A program made the position numbers and the translations under genes. DNA of 64,000 nucleotides, taken from NCBI GenBank assembly GCA_000002445.1, contig CP000070.1, positions 896,001-960,000 of the forward strand, written 5' to 3'. This DNA comes from Trypanosoma brucei. Lineage: Eukaryota. Of the stretch, positions 42,793-53,220 are shown in pieces. The first letter of the stretch is position 1. Each line of letters starts with the position of its first letter. The notes under the pieces were generated by a model. It saw only the letters and a program-made list of their open reading frames with translations. It was not told the DNA's origin and made no database searches.

Positions 42793-44061
42793 TCACGGGA
42801 CGTTGGTACTAATCATGTACTTATCAGCGATGAACTTTGGATGGCACAAGTCCATTACACAGTCCTTTCCATCATCACTAACGGATTCATCGGGCTCCTC
42901 GCGCCATTTAGCAATTGCCGTGTCCACGAGTGCCCGCTGGAGTTCTACATGTGTTGTGCCGAAACTCTTGCAGTCATCATCCGGGAGCCGGTCGAGTAAC
43001 TGAAGCAGCGGCAACCACCCAATCGAACCATCAGTGTGGACGACATCCAAGCAATTCATTAGAAGCTCATGCCGCTTAATCTCTTCACGGAACGTGGAAG
43101 CGGGAACGGTGTAAGTTGGCATGATATCTTCCATAGCACGCCGCACATCAGCGCAAAGTTCGCAAACTTCCGGCACGTACTCACCGAAGACAGATTTGAA
43201 GGCACCCAACATGATATCTACATCAACGAGTGAAATGACGCTGTTGTTCAGCGTGCGCTCCTCCATTATGTATTTGCAGCGCACAAGGATTAGTACATCA
43301 ACTTCTTCGAATATCAGGCTTACACTGGCGATAAGGTCTTCAAAGCTAATGCAGTCTTGGGTGTTCCAATAAAGAAAGCGAAACAAGTATTCTACCTCGT
43401 CTTTGTCTAGCAATTCCTCACCAAACAAACAACCCACCAAATGTGAGAATTCATCAACTGTAACCTCACGCATTCCTAACCGCCGACCCTCAGCACGCAG
43501 TTTCTGCAGAACTTCTCCCCGCTCCATCTCCCGCAACCGGGCTGCAATGGTATTGTTTTTAAGAAATAAATCGGACGAGAGACATGGCAGTAGTGTGATC
43601 ATTGTACCGCGTAGCAACCTGGGTGACGAACTGTCGTCCATAAACGGGAAAAGGTGTTCTGGCATTACGCTTGCCCTTGAGGAGGGGCTACTTTCATGCT
43701 GTGATGTAAGTAGCCTGCAAAGGTTCGGCTCACCGTGGAGTCTTGCTTCAAAAAGATCCAAATTGTTAATGACACCCGATGCGGCATCATTGGAACCCGG
43801 GTATTGAGAAATGGTGATCTCAAAGTCTCTCCCAGTCGAATCCTTTGTCGGAGGAACAGAAACCGACGCATCGGGAATGTTCTGAGGTGATTTGTTTATT
43901 CGTGACCGCTTACGCCACTGGATCGGTTCGGCAGGCGAAATAACACGACATACTGGCCTCGGTGGCTCATGCATCACCGTTCCAACCGTGCGGATGACAG
44001 GTAGCTTTAGCGACTCATGCGATTTACCAAATGGTCGCCCGCCGCTCCTAGAGGACATCAA
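42793..44061 (-). CDS. Hypothetical protein (422 aa)
   Basis: Clean ORF. I recognised no motif. Confidence 0.4.
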   Translation of the reverse strand: MMSSRSGGRPFGKSHESLKLPVIRTVGTVMHEPPRPVCRVISPAEPIQWRKRSRINKSPQNIPDASVSVPPTKDSTGRDFEITISQYPGSNDAASGVINNLDLFEARLHGEPNLCRLLTSQHESSPSSRASVMPEHLFPFMDDSSSPRLLRGTMITLLPCLSSDLFLKNNTIAARLREMERGEVLQKLRAEGRRLGMREVTVDEFSHLVGCLFGEELLDKDEVEYLFRFLYWNTQDCISFEDLIASVSLIFEEVDVLILVRCKYIMEERTLNNSVISLVDVDIMLGAFKSVFGEYVPEVCELCADVRRAMEDIMPTYTVPASTFREEIKRHELLMNCLDVVHTDGSIGWLPLLQLLDRLPDDDCKSFGTTHVELQRALVDTAIAKWREEPDESVSDDGKDCVMDLCHPKFIADKYMISTNVP

Positions 44062-44743
44062 CCTCTACTATCACCGATTACAATGAGTGGGAATTTGAAA
44101 AGACTATCCAGGCAAGCAAACTGACGGACGCAGAGAAATAGTAAATCTAGAGGGGAGTGGAAAATAACCACTTTTTGAATTCACCACGTCGTCGTTCTGA
44201 TGCAACAGCCACGGCTGCACCTCTTCACTTCCTCCCTTGAGTGGTCAGTAAGGAGAGTTGTGGAAAATTGAAGCGCCGTGAGGAATATAATAAGAGGTGC
44301 AATTAAAAAACAAAGGTTAAAGCAGAAAAATCGGAGAGGTTCCGTCGCACAGGGAATGCCATTTTCAACTTTAATGAGTGCCTTTAGAGGTTCTTCAGAC
44401 GACTTGACACTGTCTCAATTTAAACATAACAAATGCCTATCAATCGGAGGAAAGCGGAAACCAAGCGGTTTAGATTCCCAATGTCACAAAATAGCCCATG
44501 TTCGCCCCATTGGAAGGGTTGACGTTGGACCAGTTTTATTTGCAGTTAAATCTGTAACACACAGCCTTCTCTTTTTCCAGCTACCCTGCACCACTGAATT
44601 CGGTCTTACCTTCAACTTCATCCCTTCTTTAGTTGCATAACACAATAACCGTAGCACAAAGGCGACGGCATAAGTGCCAAGGGTAGCGCCGATATCCGTC
44701 CCATTATCTTTAACAACAATAATGATTTGCGCTCTTCACTTAT

Positions 44744-46837
44744 TTACTTACTCTTAGAAAGCGACTTCTCCGCGTTCTTTAGAGTCTGGGCATACTTCTT
44801 CCCTTCCGCAGTGGAAAGAACAGCTTTTGCAGCCGCACACTTATCCAACAGCATCTTGGAAACCGCCTGCTTAAGATCCGCAGGGTGAAGTGCACCTGAC
44901 AGTGCGTCAGCACGCAGCTGCCCCTCTCCTTTGTACGCGACATCGCCACCATTCGCCTCAGTTCGTTCTATCAAGAGGGCTCCCTGTTCTCGCATCAGCC
45001 AAGTCGCAATAGACAGCACTGGGTTGGCGTCTTCGTTAGGGGCACAGTACGCCCTCTTGATCTTACGCCTCATGTCCATATCAGTGTCGTCGATGAAGAG
45101 GATGTCATCCTTGTTGACTGGGCCGCTGGCGAGGGTTTCAGAAACCGGCGGCTCCGCGTTGCTCAGCGGTGGGACAACACCCCCAAGAGCGGGAATAACT
45201 CGCAGTTTACCTTCGTAAAAATCCGTTGCGATCTCGTGGCAACCACGGTCATGTGAAGTGCAGATGGCGTGTGTTGCCTTCAGCATGGCAGCATCTGCAA
45301 CGTACATAAGCGCCGCGACAACAGCACCGGCATTTTTGAGATCTCCGCAGACTTCCTCCACCCGCTGCAGCTTATTCTTCCGACCAACATTGATGGCGGT
45401 GAGCCAGTAGTCGTTAGGATTCGCTAATATCATTTCACTCTGCCGCACTATTCGCACGCGCTCGCTTGGCAACCAGTGGGACTTGAGAATCGCTGCATTT
45501 AACTCGAGCGCGGCGCTGATGTACTTTTCCTCGCCCCCTACATTATTGCACGCCATGGCGGTCCACTCAGGAAGCAACAAAACAGCTTCACCATCTGTGT
45601 TTTCTCTCAAGAACTGTTTTATCGCGTCACTCAAAGCAACAGCAAGATCCACAGGAAACTTGATGCAGGCCGGTAGCCAAGCCACGGCTAATGGCGTCGC
45701 TGACTGCTCTGGAAGTGGCACAGCACTGAGAGGTGGTGCCGCACCGCCGGCCCGAAAAGAGAGCACCTGTTGCAACAATGACGCCGCATGCGGATCCTCC
45801 ACAAAGTGTTTGCGCACAGGCTCAAGTATTCCGTTCAAAAGCTCGATAAGGCCCTCCTTTAACGCCTCCTCGGAGATGTTGCCGTCAACAAAAGCTTTCT
45901 CAAGGTCTGCGTAGGTGTTATACTCCGCACCATCCACCACAGCTGTGGCACCAGGCTTTGAGAAAACGAGGCACTCAAAGTAATCCAACACAGGGTTTTT
46001 GTCTTCCGAAGCAACGGGTGCCCCGTCGTCCGTAACTTCGGTGCTCTTTTGCGCAACACGTGGACAGTACGCCGCACGTATCTTCCGAGCTACATCTTCC
46101 TCACTGTCTTCCATGAATATGGCGCTGTCAGGATCGCTTTTGCTCATCTTTGCATGCCCTTGCTTCAACCCCGCAAGCATGTGATGAGAAAGAATAACGG
46201 GTTTGTTCTTACGACCAATGAGGTCACAGTACTCACGTGCGAGCATGTTCACCTTCCGTTGGTCCAACCCAAGTTGACATATATCGGCCTTTAGGAAGAA
46301 TATATCAGCGCACTGCATAAGTGGGTACAGCACCTGTGCCGCTGTCAGCGTTCCCTCTTGCTTACCCATGATTGTGCAGCATTTCTTAATGCGGGCAATG
46401 GTGTTGCGGCGGCTAATATCAAGGACAAGCTTCCAATACGTGTTCGCATTATTCGTGATCTCGTCACTGCTCCACAAGAAACGCACCCGCTCCATGTTCA
46501 TATTGGCAGCCTTCCACACCTCCGTAAGGTATTCACCGACGATACGGATGCGCTGCAGCTCTCCACCCACCTTATCATTCATCAGTGCAAACCAATCTGC
46601 AACCCAGAAGACAAACTCGCAGCCGCTCTGAGTGCACTTGTTGACGTTAATTGATTTGAACACGCCCTGCGCAACGTGCATGCGTCCTGAGGGCTCGAAT
46701 CCATCATAGCAACGGATGTCGGGTTTCTTTTCCAACATCGCCCGCAGCTCATTCTCTTGAATACACTCCTCCCCGACGCTACGGATTAATTTAAATCGTT
46801 CCTCGACAGACCCCACATCGGCGGTGTTGGTTGTCAT
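44744..46837 (-). CDS. Tyrosyl-tRNA synthetase, double-length pseudo-dimeric form (two class-I TyrRS modules in one chain)
   Basis: The first module has a HIGH-like 'GFEPSGRMHVAQG' and an intact 'KMSKS'. The second module is TyrRS-like but lacks HIGH and KMSKS. The ORF is open up to 46993, but the alignable start is the Met at 46837 ('MTTNTADVGSVEERF'). The upstream 52 codons are probably 5'UTR read-through. Confidence 0.8.
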   Translation of the reverse strand: MTTNTADVGSVEERFKLIRSVGEECIQENELRAMLEKKPDIRCYDGFEPSGRMHVAQGVFKSINVNKCTQSGCEFVFWVADWFALMNDKVGGELQRIRIVGEYLTEVWKAANMNMERVRFLWSSDEITNNANTYWKLVLDISRRNTIARIKKCCTIMGKQEGTLTAAQVLYPLMQCADIFFLKADICQLGLDQRKVNMLAREYCDLIGRKNKPVILSHHMLAGLKQGHAKMSKSDPDSAIFMEDSEEDVARKIRAAYCPRVAQKSTEVTDDGAPVASEDKNPVLDYFECLVFSKPGATAVVDGAEYNTYADLEKAFVDGNISEEALKEGLIELLNGILEPVRKHFVEDPHAASLLQQVLSFRAGGAAPPLSAVPLPEQSATPLAVAWLPACIKFPVDLAVALSDAIKQFLRENTDGEAVLLLPEWTAMACNNVGGEEKYISAALELNAAILKSHWLPSERVRIVRQSEMILANPNDYWLTAINVGRKNKLQRVEEVCGDLKNAGAVVAALMYVADAAMLKATHAICTSHDRGCHEIATDFYEGKLRVIPALGGVVPPLSNAEPPVSETLASGPVNKDDILFIDDTDMDMRRKIKRAYCAPNEDANPVLSIATWLMREQGALLIERTEANGGDVAYKGEGQLRADALSGALHPADLKQAVSKMLLDKCAAAKAVLSTAEGKKYAQTLKNAEKSLSKSK

Positions 46838-48568
46838 ATTTGCCTTTGTTAACACTAAGCAGTGGATTAATGATTTGCGCGAGAGTGAACAATTCAGCTT
46901 CGGACCCGCCAACTCACTCCAACCACAGCGCCTCCAGAATGCTGCCGGCTGCCGCGTTTGAGCGTTAGTTCTTTTTTTTATCTTAACTACCAATGGCCAA
47001 ACGTTCCAGCGGGAGGGGGGTAGGGTGTAAAATATTCGGTAAGTAAAGCAAGCACTTCAGCGTAGCACCAGAAAAGCTATATTACCCAAAAAAGACATAT
47101 TGGGTGTGAAAGAGTAAAATACGAAAATGAAAATACCCTGGAAAAGAGCAGCGCACGACGTTTCCACCGATGCCATCTAGCTGCAAATAGTTTGTAAACA
47201 ACGTAAGCTAAATGTGGGAACGAAAAAAGGAAATAAACCCATGCTTTCACTCATTGTTTGGGTGCTTTGAACAAAAATTAGGGGAATGTAATAATTACAA
47301 ACACTGTGTATACACAGGTGTTAGCATGAAAGATGCAAACTTCACATCCTCTACCTCAAATTTACAGCACTACACTATCCAAGCCCGTGAAGCGGAGACG
47401 TTTCATGTTGTCCTCATCAATCTTGTTTATGTGGTGCCTATTGTACCTTCTTGTGTTTGTGGAATGGCGAGATGTCAGGCCTCCTACCATGCCTTCCTCT
47501 CCCTCTGCCTCCACCTGACCTTCTACTCACATAGTGCTTAAGATACTTTTCGGTATTTAACAGTATAGGCCGGATACAGGGGGTAAGGAGGAGGGAAAGA
47601 GAAGAACCAAAAGAAGGGAAAAGAGGTTAACAATACCAAGAGGCGACTGGGCCATATGCGGGATAGTGGGAGGCGAGAGGAGCGACTCTTGCGCCTCTGC
47701 CATTTTCCAGTGCCCACTTTACACATTTCATATGTGCGTACGAGACCCACACATCATTATTCATATGACACACAGTAGATCCCATGGTGGCGCAAAACAG
47801 ACAGCACTGGAAAAAAAGGGGGGGAAGGCACGAGTCAAGGGAAGCCAGACAGCCATCAGATGTCCATACGTGTGCGCAGGAGAATCACGCAGAGATGGCG
47901 ATGAACAGGGGAATACAAACACACAAAATACAAGAAGACAGAAAGTGGAAGCATCAAATACGGTTTTAAAAAAACACAAAATATAGTTTACAGAAAAGGA
48001 AAACGAGACGTTAGCACATGGCAAACCCAGCACGTTAACTCCCTAACACGTGTGCTTTCGATGTCCTTTTCCCCTTCCTTCTCCTTCCTTTACAAGCAGC
48101 TACCACCTCACTTCCCAGTTTCGCACATCATGCTACTTCGAACAACCTTTTTTTCCCCCTCCTTCTCCATCCTCCGTGCTTCTTGGTGTTGCGGCTGCCT
48201 CAGCACAAACAAACAAACAAATACACACACACACACACACACACGCAGGATTTCCTGCAAAACAATGGGCACCCCCGCGGTTTCCCCCGCCCCGACATGT
48301 CAAGGCTTTTCTACAAATAACAGCAGAAGACACAATACGCATGAGTGAACTCACGTTAGCAAAAAACGTAAACAAAATAGATGTCCCTTCCAGTCCAACA
48401 TTGTTTACCTTTTTAGTTGGCAGTATTCTCCCATTCCTTCCTGTTATGCCCTGCATTACCCACCGTATTTCGCACCTGCAACTGTCATCCTCGCCTCATC
48501 TCGTTTCATTTCATTCCATTATCCAACCCCTTCCCTTCTCCAGGTGCTATGCATAATTCTCCATCCCT

Positions 48569-50110
48569 TTAGTCGAAGTGAAAATAAAACTGCTGAAACC
48601 TTCCACCTTGTCCAAACATTTCGTTGGGGAAATTGAACGGTTGGCCGTGGAATGCATGCTCATCCTGACCAGGAGGTTTCGTAGGATCCTCCCCATTGTC
48701 GTAACGGGCGCGCTTTTCATCGTCGAGCAATATTTCCTTGGCTTCATTGATGTCCCGAAAGCGCTTATCTGCTTCAGCTCGCTCCTCCTTGGAAAGCTCT
48801 TGCGAAGCTAATTTATCTGGGTGAAATGTTTTTGCTAGATGGCGGTAAGCACGGCGAATCTCCGACGAGTCCGCCGTCTTTTTCACACCCAATATCTTGT
48901 AATAATTTTTTCGCAGTCCCACACGTTTGATCCTTTCCATTTTGCGCTTGTACTCGTTCACCTTGCCATCGTTTGGTTGTAGTTGCTGAGCTCGTTGAAG
49001 CATTTCCTCCGCACGCTCCACATTCCCATCCATCAGATAAAGCTCCAACTTTTGCAGTAAAATGCTTACAACAGTTGGGTCCTCGGGGCTATAAAGTTGA
49101 ATAGCCTCGTCGCAAGCAGGAAGCCCATCTTTTGTGTCTTGCATACCCACAGCTGCATCACACCGCCAACGCAATAGTTGATCCTTATACGGTGGGTTTT
49201 CCTCAAACCGCATGGCCCCCTCAATCAACTTCAAAACCTTTCCATAATCCTTTTCTTCTAGAGCCTTCTCCACACCTTGGGTTACGCGGATTTGCTCGCG
49301 GACCAGCTTGTGCAGCTGAGCACAGAGAGCAAATTCAGGATCAAGCGACAAACAGCGACGAAGCTCCCGGCGAGCCTGTTCAAGCGCCCCTAATGCACGA
49401 AGCGCACGGGCACCCAGTGCCACTGCGTCAAGGTTCTGCGGCTCCCTTTGTACTACATACTTTAGTTCCTCGCTAGCAGCCTGGTTGTCCCCACAGGCCA
49501 AAGCACATTCTGCACGCTGCAGGCGCAACCCCGCGTTATCCTTCGCAAACTCACGTATCATGTCGTGCAGAAAGCCCACGCATGCGCACTGTTCATCGCG
49601 TGATAGCGTCACTGCACCCTGTTTCGCTGCTTGGAGTTTGAGCTGAAGCGGTATCCACACCTCCGCATACCGCCGAAGTTGTTGCAACTTCGCCTTGTAT
49701 TCCTGCACCTTAGCAGCCTTGCCCCCCTCGCTCATCACTTCAACGAGTTTCTCGACGTCCCGCACGGCTTCTTTCAACTGCCCCGCCTGCGAGTACAGCG
49801 CTGATCGCAGCACCAAACCGCGTTGGTGTTTACTGTCCAGCTTCAGGAGTTGGTCCAAATCACTCATACATGCATCACGCCGTCGGAGCATAGACAACAG
49901 CTCTGCACGACTGTAAAGTCCACGAATGCTGTTGGGGTTGTGCGTTAACGCCTCTGTGTACTTCGCTAGCGCCTCCTGGTAATAACTGCGCCCCTGCCGC
50001 AGTGCCGAATCACCTTCGAGAAGCAATTTCTTTGTGGTGTCATCATCTGCTACTCCGCTGCACTCAGCGCCAACAGCAGCCCCGACCAGCAACAAAATCT
50101 TCAGGATCAT
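48569..50110 (-). CDS. DnaJ (Hsp40) co-chaperone with TPR repeats and a C-terminal J-domain, DnaJC3/p58IPK-like, with a signal peptide
   Basis: J-domain 'NYYKILGVKKTADSSEIRRAYRHLAKTFHPDK'. Multiple TPR-like helical pairs lie upstream. A signal-peptide-like start 'MILKILLLVGAAVGAECSG' sits at the Met at 50110. The ORF-track start at 50155 adds 15 residues of doubtful authenticity. Confidence 0.75.
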   Translation of the reverse strand: MILKILLLVGAAVGAECSGVADDDTTKKLLLEGDSALRQGRSYYQEALAKYTEALTHNPNSIRGLYSRAELLSMLRRRDACMSDLDQLLKLDSKHQRGLVLRSALYSQAGQLKEAVRDVEKLVEVMSEGGKAAKVQEYKAKLQQLRRYAEVWIPLQLKLQAAKQGAVTLSRDEQCACVGFLHDMIREFAKDNAGLRLQRAECALACGDNQAASEELKYVVQREPQNLDAVALGARALRALGALEQARRELRRCLSLDPEFALCAQLHKLVREQIRVTQGVEKALEEKDYGKVLKLIEGAMRFEENPPYKDQLLRWRCDAAVGMQDTKDGLPACDEAIQLYSPEDPTVVSILLQKLELYLMDGNVERAEEMLQRAQQLQPNDGKVNEYKRKMERIKRVGLRKNYYKILGVKKTADSSEIRRAYRHLAKTFHPDKLASQELSKEERAEADKRFRDINEAKEILLDDEKRARYDNGEDPTKPPGQDEHAFHGQPFNFPNEMFGQGGRFQQFYFHFD

Positions 50111-52080
50111 ATTATACCGACACTTAATAGCAGAGTTCTCCCCTGTAATGTACATTTCCTTCCTGCCTTTCTGACTATCTCCCCTGAGGCCGCTGTTTCT
50201 GTTTGATTTCTCTCTTTTTCTATATTTTTTTATATTTTGTATTTCTCTTCAGTGAGGTGGAAGTGTCGTCAGCCGTAATTGTTGACTGGAGAAGGGACAA
50301 GTGGATCTTCTCCCTGCCGCGTGTTCCCTCAAATCCGCTACCCTTCTCTAGGTTTCCCTTAGCTGTTGCTTTTTACACCTGTAAATAAATATGTGCAGGT
50401 TTGCCTTCTTTTGCTTCCTCGCCTGTTTCTGTTCTCCGCTAACTCTCAGTTTTAATAGTATTTGCAATAATATTGGTAGTGGTAAGAACCAAACAAAGAA
50501 AGTTCCTCCTTGAGGCCTGGGAAATATACCCCAGTGTCTCGGTGTGGTTTTTGCTTGCTGTTTCCAACTCTCCAAAGTAATATTTCCGCCCTCCACTTCC
50601 TCCCGGCACACCGCCACGCTTCAGGCCCGGGAAGGCAGCCGGTAATCTCCCCAGTGAATGAGTAAAAACAAAAAAAAATCCAAAAGAAATTCAAGAAAAG
50701 AAAAGTGTGAAGAGAAAAGATAAAGGAAGGGACAAAGGAAGGAAAATACAGTATGAAATTCCCTACTCCGACAAAGTCGAATGCCTCACAAGTACGCAGT
50801 TGGTCAAGCATCCAAACGAAATTGTGCCTTACTCATTGCGACGCCTCGCATCCTCCAAATACGCACACACACACACACCTGCATATCACCTCTTACGGGA
50901 ATGCAGATGCCGTATTTGCATCAAACATGAAAGGAAAACACCACTCCAACCAATTTTATGTAAAAATTCACCTCCGCATTGGGGTGGTAACAAAATCCCT
51001 GAGTAGTTGAGCAACTGCAAAAGAAATCAGACCCCTTTTGTACGAACGATACTTGAAGTTTGTGATATGGACAGACAAGTGTGATGTTTAGGCAATCAGT
51101 ATTACATCCGAGGGTTAGTCGTGAACACACATCAACACACACACACAAAAAAAAAAAAAAATAGTGTTATCCATGTTATTAACCAATGCAGCAGTAACGA
51201 TCTCCGTAACTAAACCAGAAGCCCTCAACCCAGGCCCACAGTTAGGGCCAAACCGCTGCAATGAAGGCACGGACAGAAGCAGATAGCACCGTGAATTCAA
51301 CAAACATACACACACGCTTACATGACTATGAAAAATATTAACCACATACTTATATATATATGTATACGGATGCGTTTGATCATTTTCGCACCCAAACGTG
51401 AGTCGCCTCCCTTCGCTTCTGCAGTTGTCATCGGTGATGTTTTTCCGATAGATTTGCCTCTCTAGCGGTGCTCAGAGGAAACGTATAAATGGAGTTTCCT
51501 CATAAGAGGGAGCGTGTGAGAGCTCATCTTCCAGGAAGGCACACCAGCGTAATTTGTGCCGGGTGATAACTTCATTTCCGTGTAGCCTTGCGTATTCCCT
51601 TTTGGCAACCAACGCTTCCAAAGATGCCAGCAGTATCCTCGTGTGATTTAAGCAGCTGAATGTGCGTTTGAAGTGAACACAACCAGCTACCTTTTCAAAT
51701 AACCTCGCGACCACGCAGATTCAGTTGGATCGGGGGAGGAGGGTGGGGGAATCAAATGTGGAGGTGATGAGAACAATAATTTTTAGAGTTAAAAATTCAA
51801 CGATAACGCGGTGAGACACGTGCAAACGGGTATATGAATGCACACATGCACAAATGTACATATCCATATGTGTGTATACCTACAGTTCTGAAGGTGAGGT
51901 ATTTTAAAGCTTTCACATTCATCACACTCAGTATTGCTGGAAAGGTAATCATCTTCCTATTACGGTGTAGTAGTAGAATCACTTAAATGAATAGCGACGT
52001 GGGGAAGGCTACCACACATTGGTCACCTGCACCACCTCCTGCTCAGCAGAGGGAAAGTGAGATTAAAAAAAAAAATGCAC

Positions 52081-53136
52081 TTAGGTTCCACATAAAGGCT
52101 CACCATCAGATGGGCCAAGGGTTCCTGCATCAAACAGTATCGTGGGGAAAAAGCAAACACTCCAATTAACACAGTTCTGCTGTAGTGCATCAATGGCCTT
52201 AAAGGCACCCGCAACCGTGTCAAATCGCACGAGCACGCGGACCAGCTCTCGCGCAAAGCGCAACTCCACTTCAACGGGCGTTGATGCGCACTGTTCCAGT
52301 CGTGCACGGACGGCTGTGCGTTGCTCCTCCGTTAGCAAAGCGGGCCGCACAGAGCGCACAATACCATACCGTGCGCACTGGCCCTGTACATTCTCAAGAA
52401 ACGCCAAACCAGCTGCCCTTAAGCTGCCAACTGCACCACCTTCGTTATCCCCCCCTGCGGTGGCATCCTCCTCAAATAAATCGGGAGGCGGGCCGTCGCG
52501 AATAAAACGGATGAGGATAGTTGAACTAGGTTTCCCGGAAGGAGCCTTGCGACCGTCCTGAGCGTTTGTATCCTCCTTCACCATGTAGCCTCCAGCAGCC
52601 AACGTCGACCGCTGAAACACAAGAGGAGCGCTGCTACCGGCAAGCGATGAGGGTGGCAAGCCCATTGATGACATTCCGGATGAAACATCGGCATCTCCAT
52701 TGCTACCGCTCGCGGCGTCGCCGCTGGAGGAAGACGAGGTGGCCATTTTCATGAACTTCTCCAATTTTGATCCTATGCGACCTTTGCGATCCATCCCCGT
52801 GGCCACTTTCACCTTGTGTGCCGCCTCGAGTTCGTCACGTTCCAGTCGGATGGCTGTTGTGATACCGAGTGCTGCGCTCTGCCGTACACGCCGTTGGTGC
52901 AACTCCTCTACGCTGAGGTGAAGTGGCAGTACTTCACTGCTGCCTGGAAAAGACGTGTCTGTCGGTGTTGGCGAGGGCGGCTGCACCATTCCAGGGAAGT
53001 CAAAGGGCGAAGGAGTTGCCAAGATTGATTCCATCGATGTGCGTGAAAGCTTTTCATTTTCTTCTACCTCACGCGCACGCTTCCACTGTACTATTTTAAC
53101 GTCTCGGTAATTGTTAGGTACCGCGGGGTCGTACAT
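52081..53136 (-). CDS. Hypothetical protein (351 aa) with a possible C-terminal RRM/UHM-like domain
   Basis: The C-terminal region 'ILIRFIRDGPPPDLFEED...CARYGIVRSV...VRVLVRFDTVAGAFKAIDALQQN' resembles the UHM pattern (acidic/aromatic stretch, ...KAI.ALNGR). The middle of the protein is S/G-rich and disordered. This is a weak call. Confidence 0.35.
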   Translation of the reverse strand: MYDPAVPNNYRDVKIVQWKRAREVEENEKLSRTSMESILATPSPFDFPGMVQPPSPTPTDTSFPGSSEVLPLHLSVEELHQRRVRQSAALGITTAIRLERDELEAAHKVKVATGMDRKGRIGSKLEKFMKMATSSSSSGDAASGSNGDADVSSGMSSMGLPPSSLAGSSAPLVFQRSTLAAGGYMVKEDTNAQDGRKAPSGKPSSTILIRFIRDGPPPDLFEEDATAGGDNEGGAVGSLRAAGLAFLENVQGQCARYGIVRSVRPALLTEEQRTAVRARLEQCASTPVEVELRFARELVRVLVRFDTVAGAFKAIDALQQNCVNWSVCFFPTILFDAGTLGPSDGEPLCGT

Positions 53137-53150
53137 CGTTCCCGTCTTCG

Positions 53151-53220
53151 TATATATATATATATATATATATATATCTTATTTTTCGTTCACTCACCCT
53201 CACCCTCACCCTCACCCCTC
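53151..53220. repeat. (TA)n followed by a (CACCCT)4 hexanucleotide repeat
   Basis: 'tatatatatatatatatatatatatatc...cactcaccctcaccctcaccctcacccc', directly upstream of the start codon of the 351-aa gene. Confidence 0.85.
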
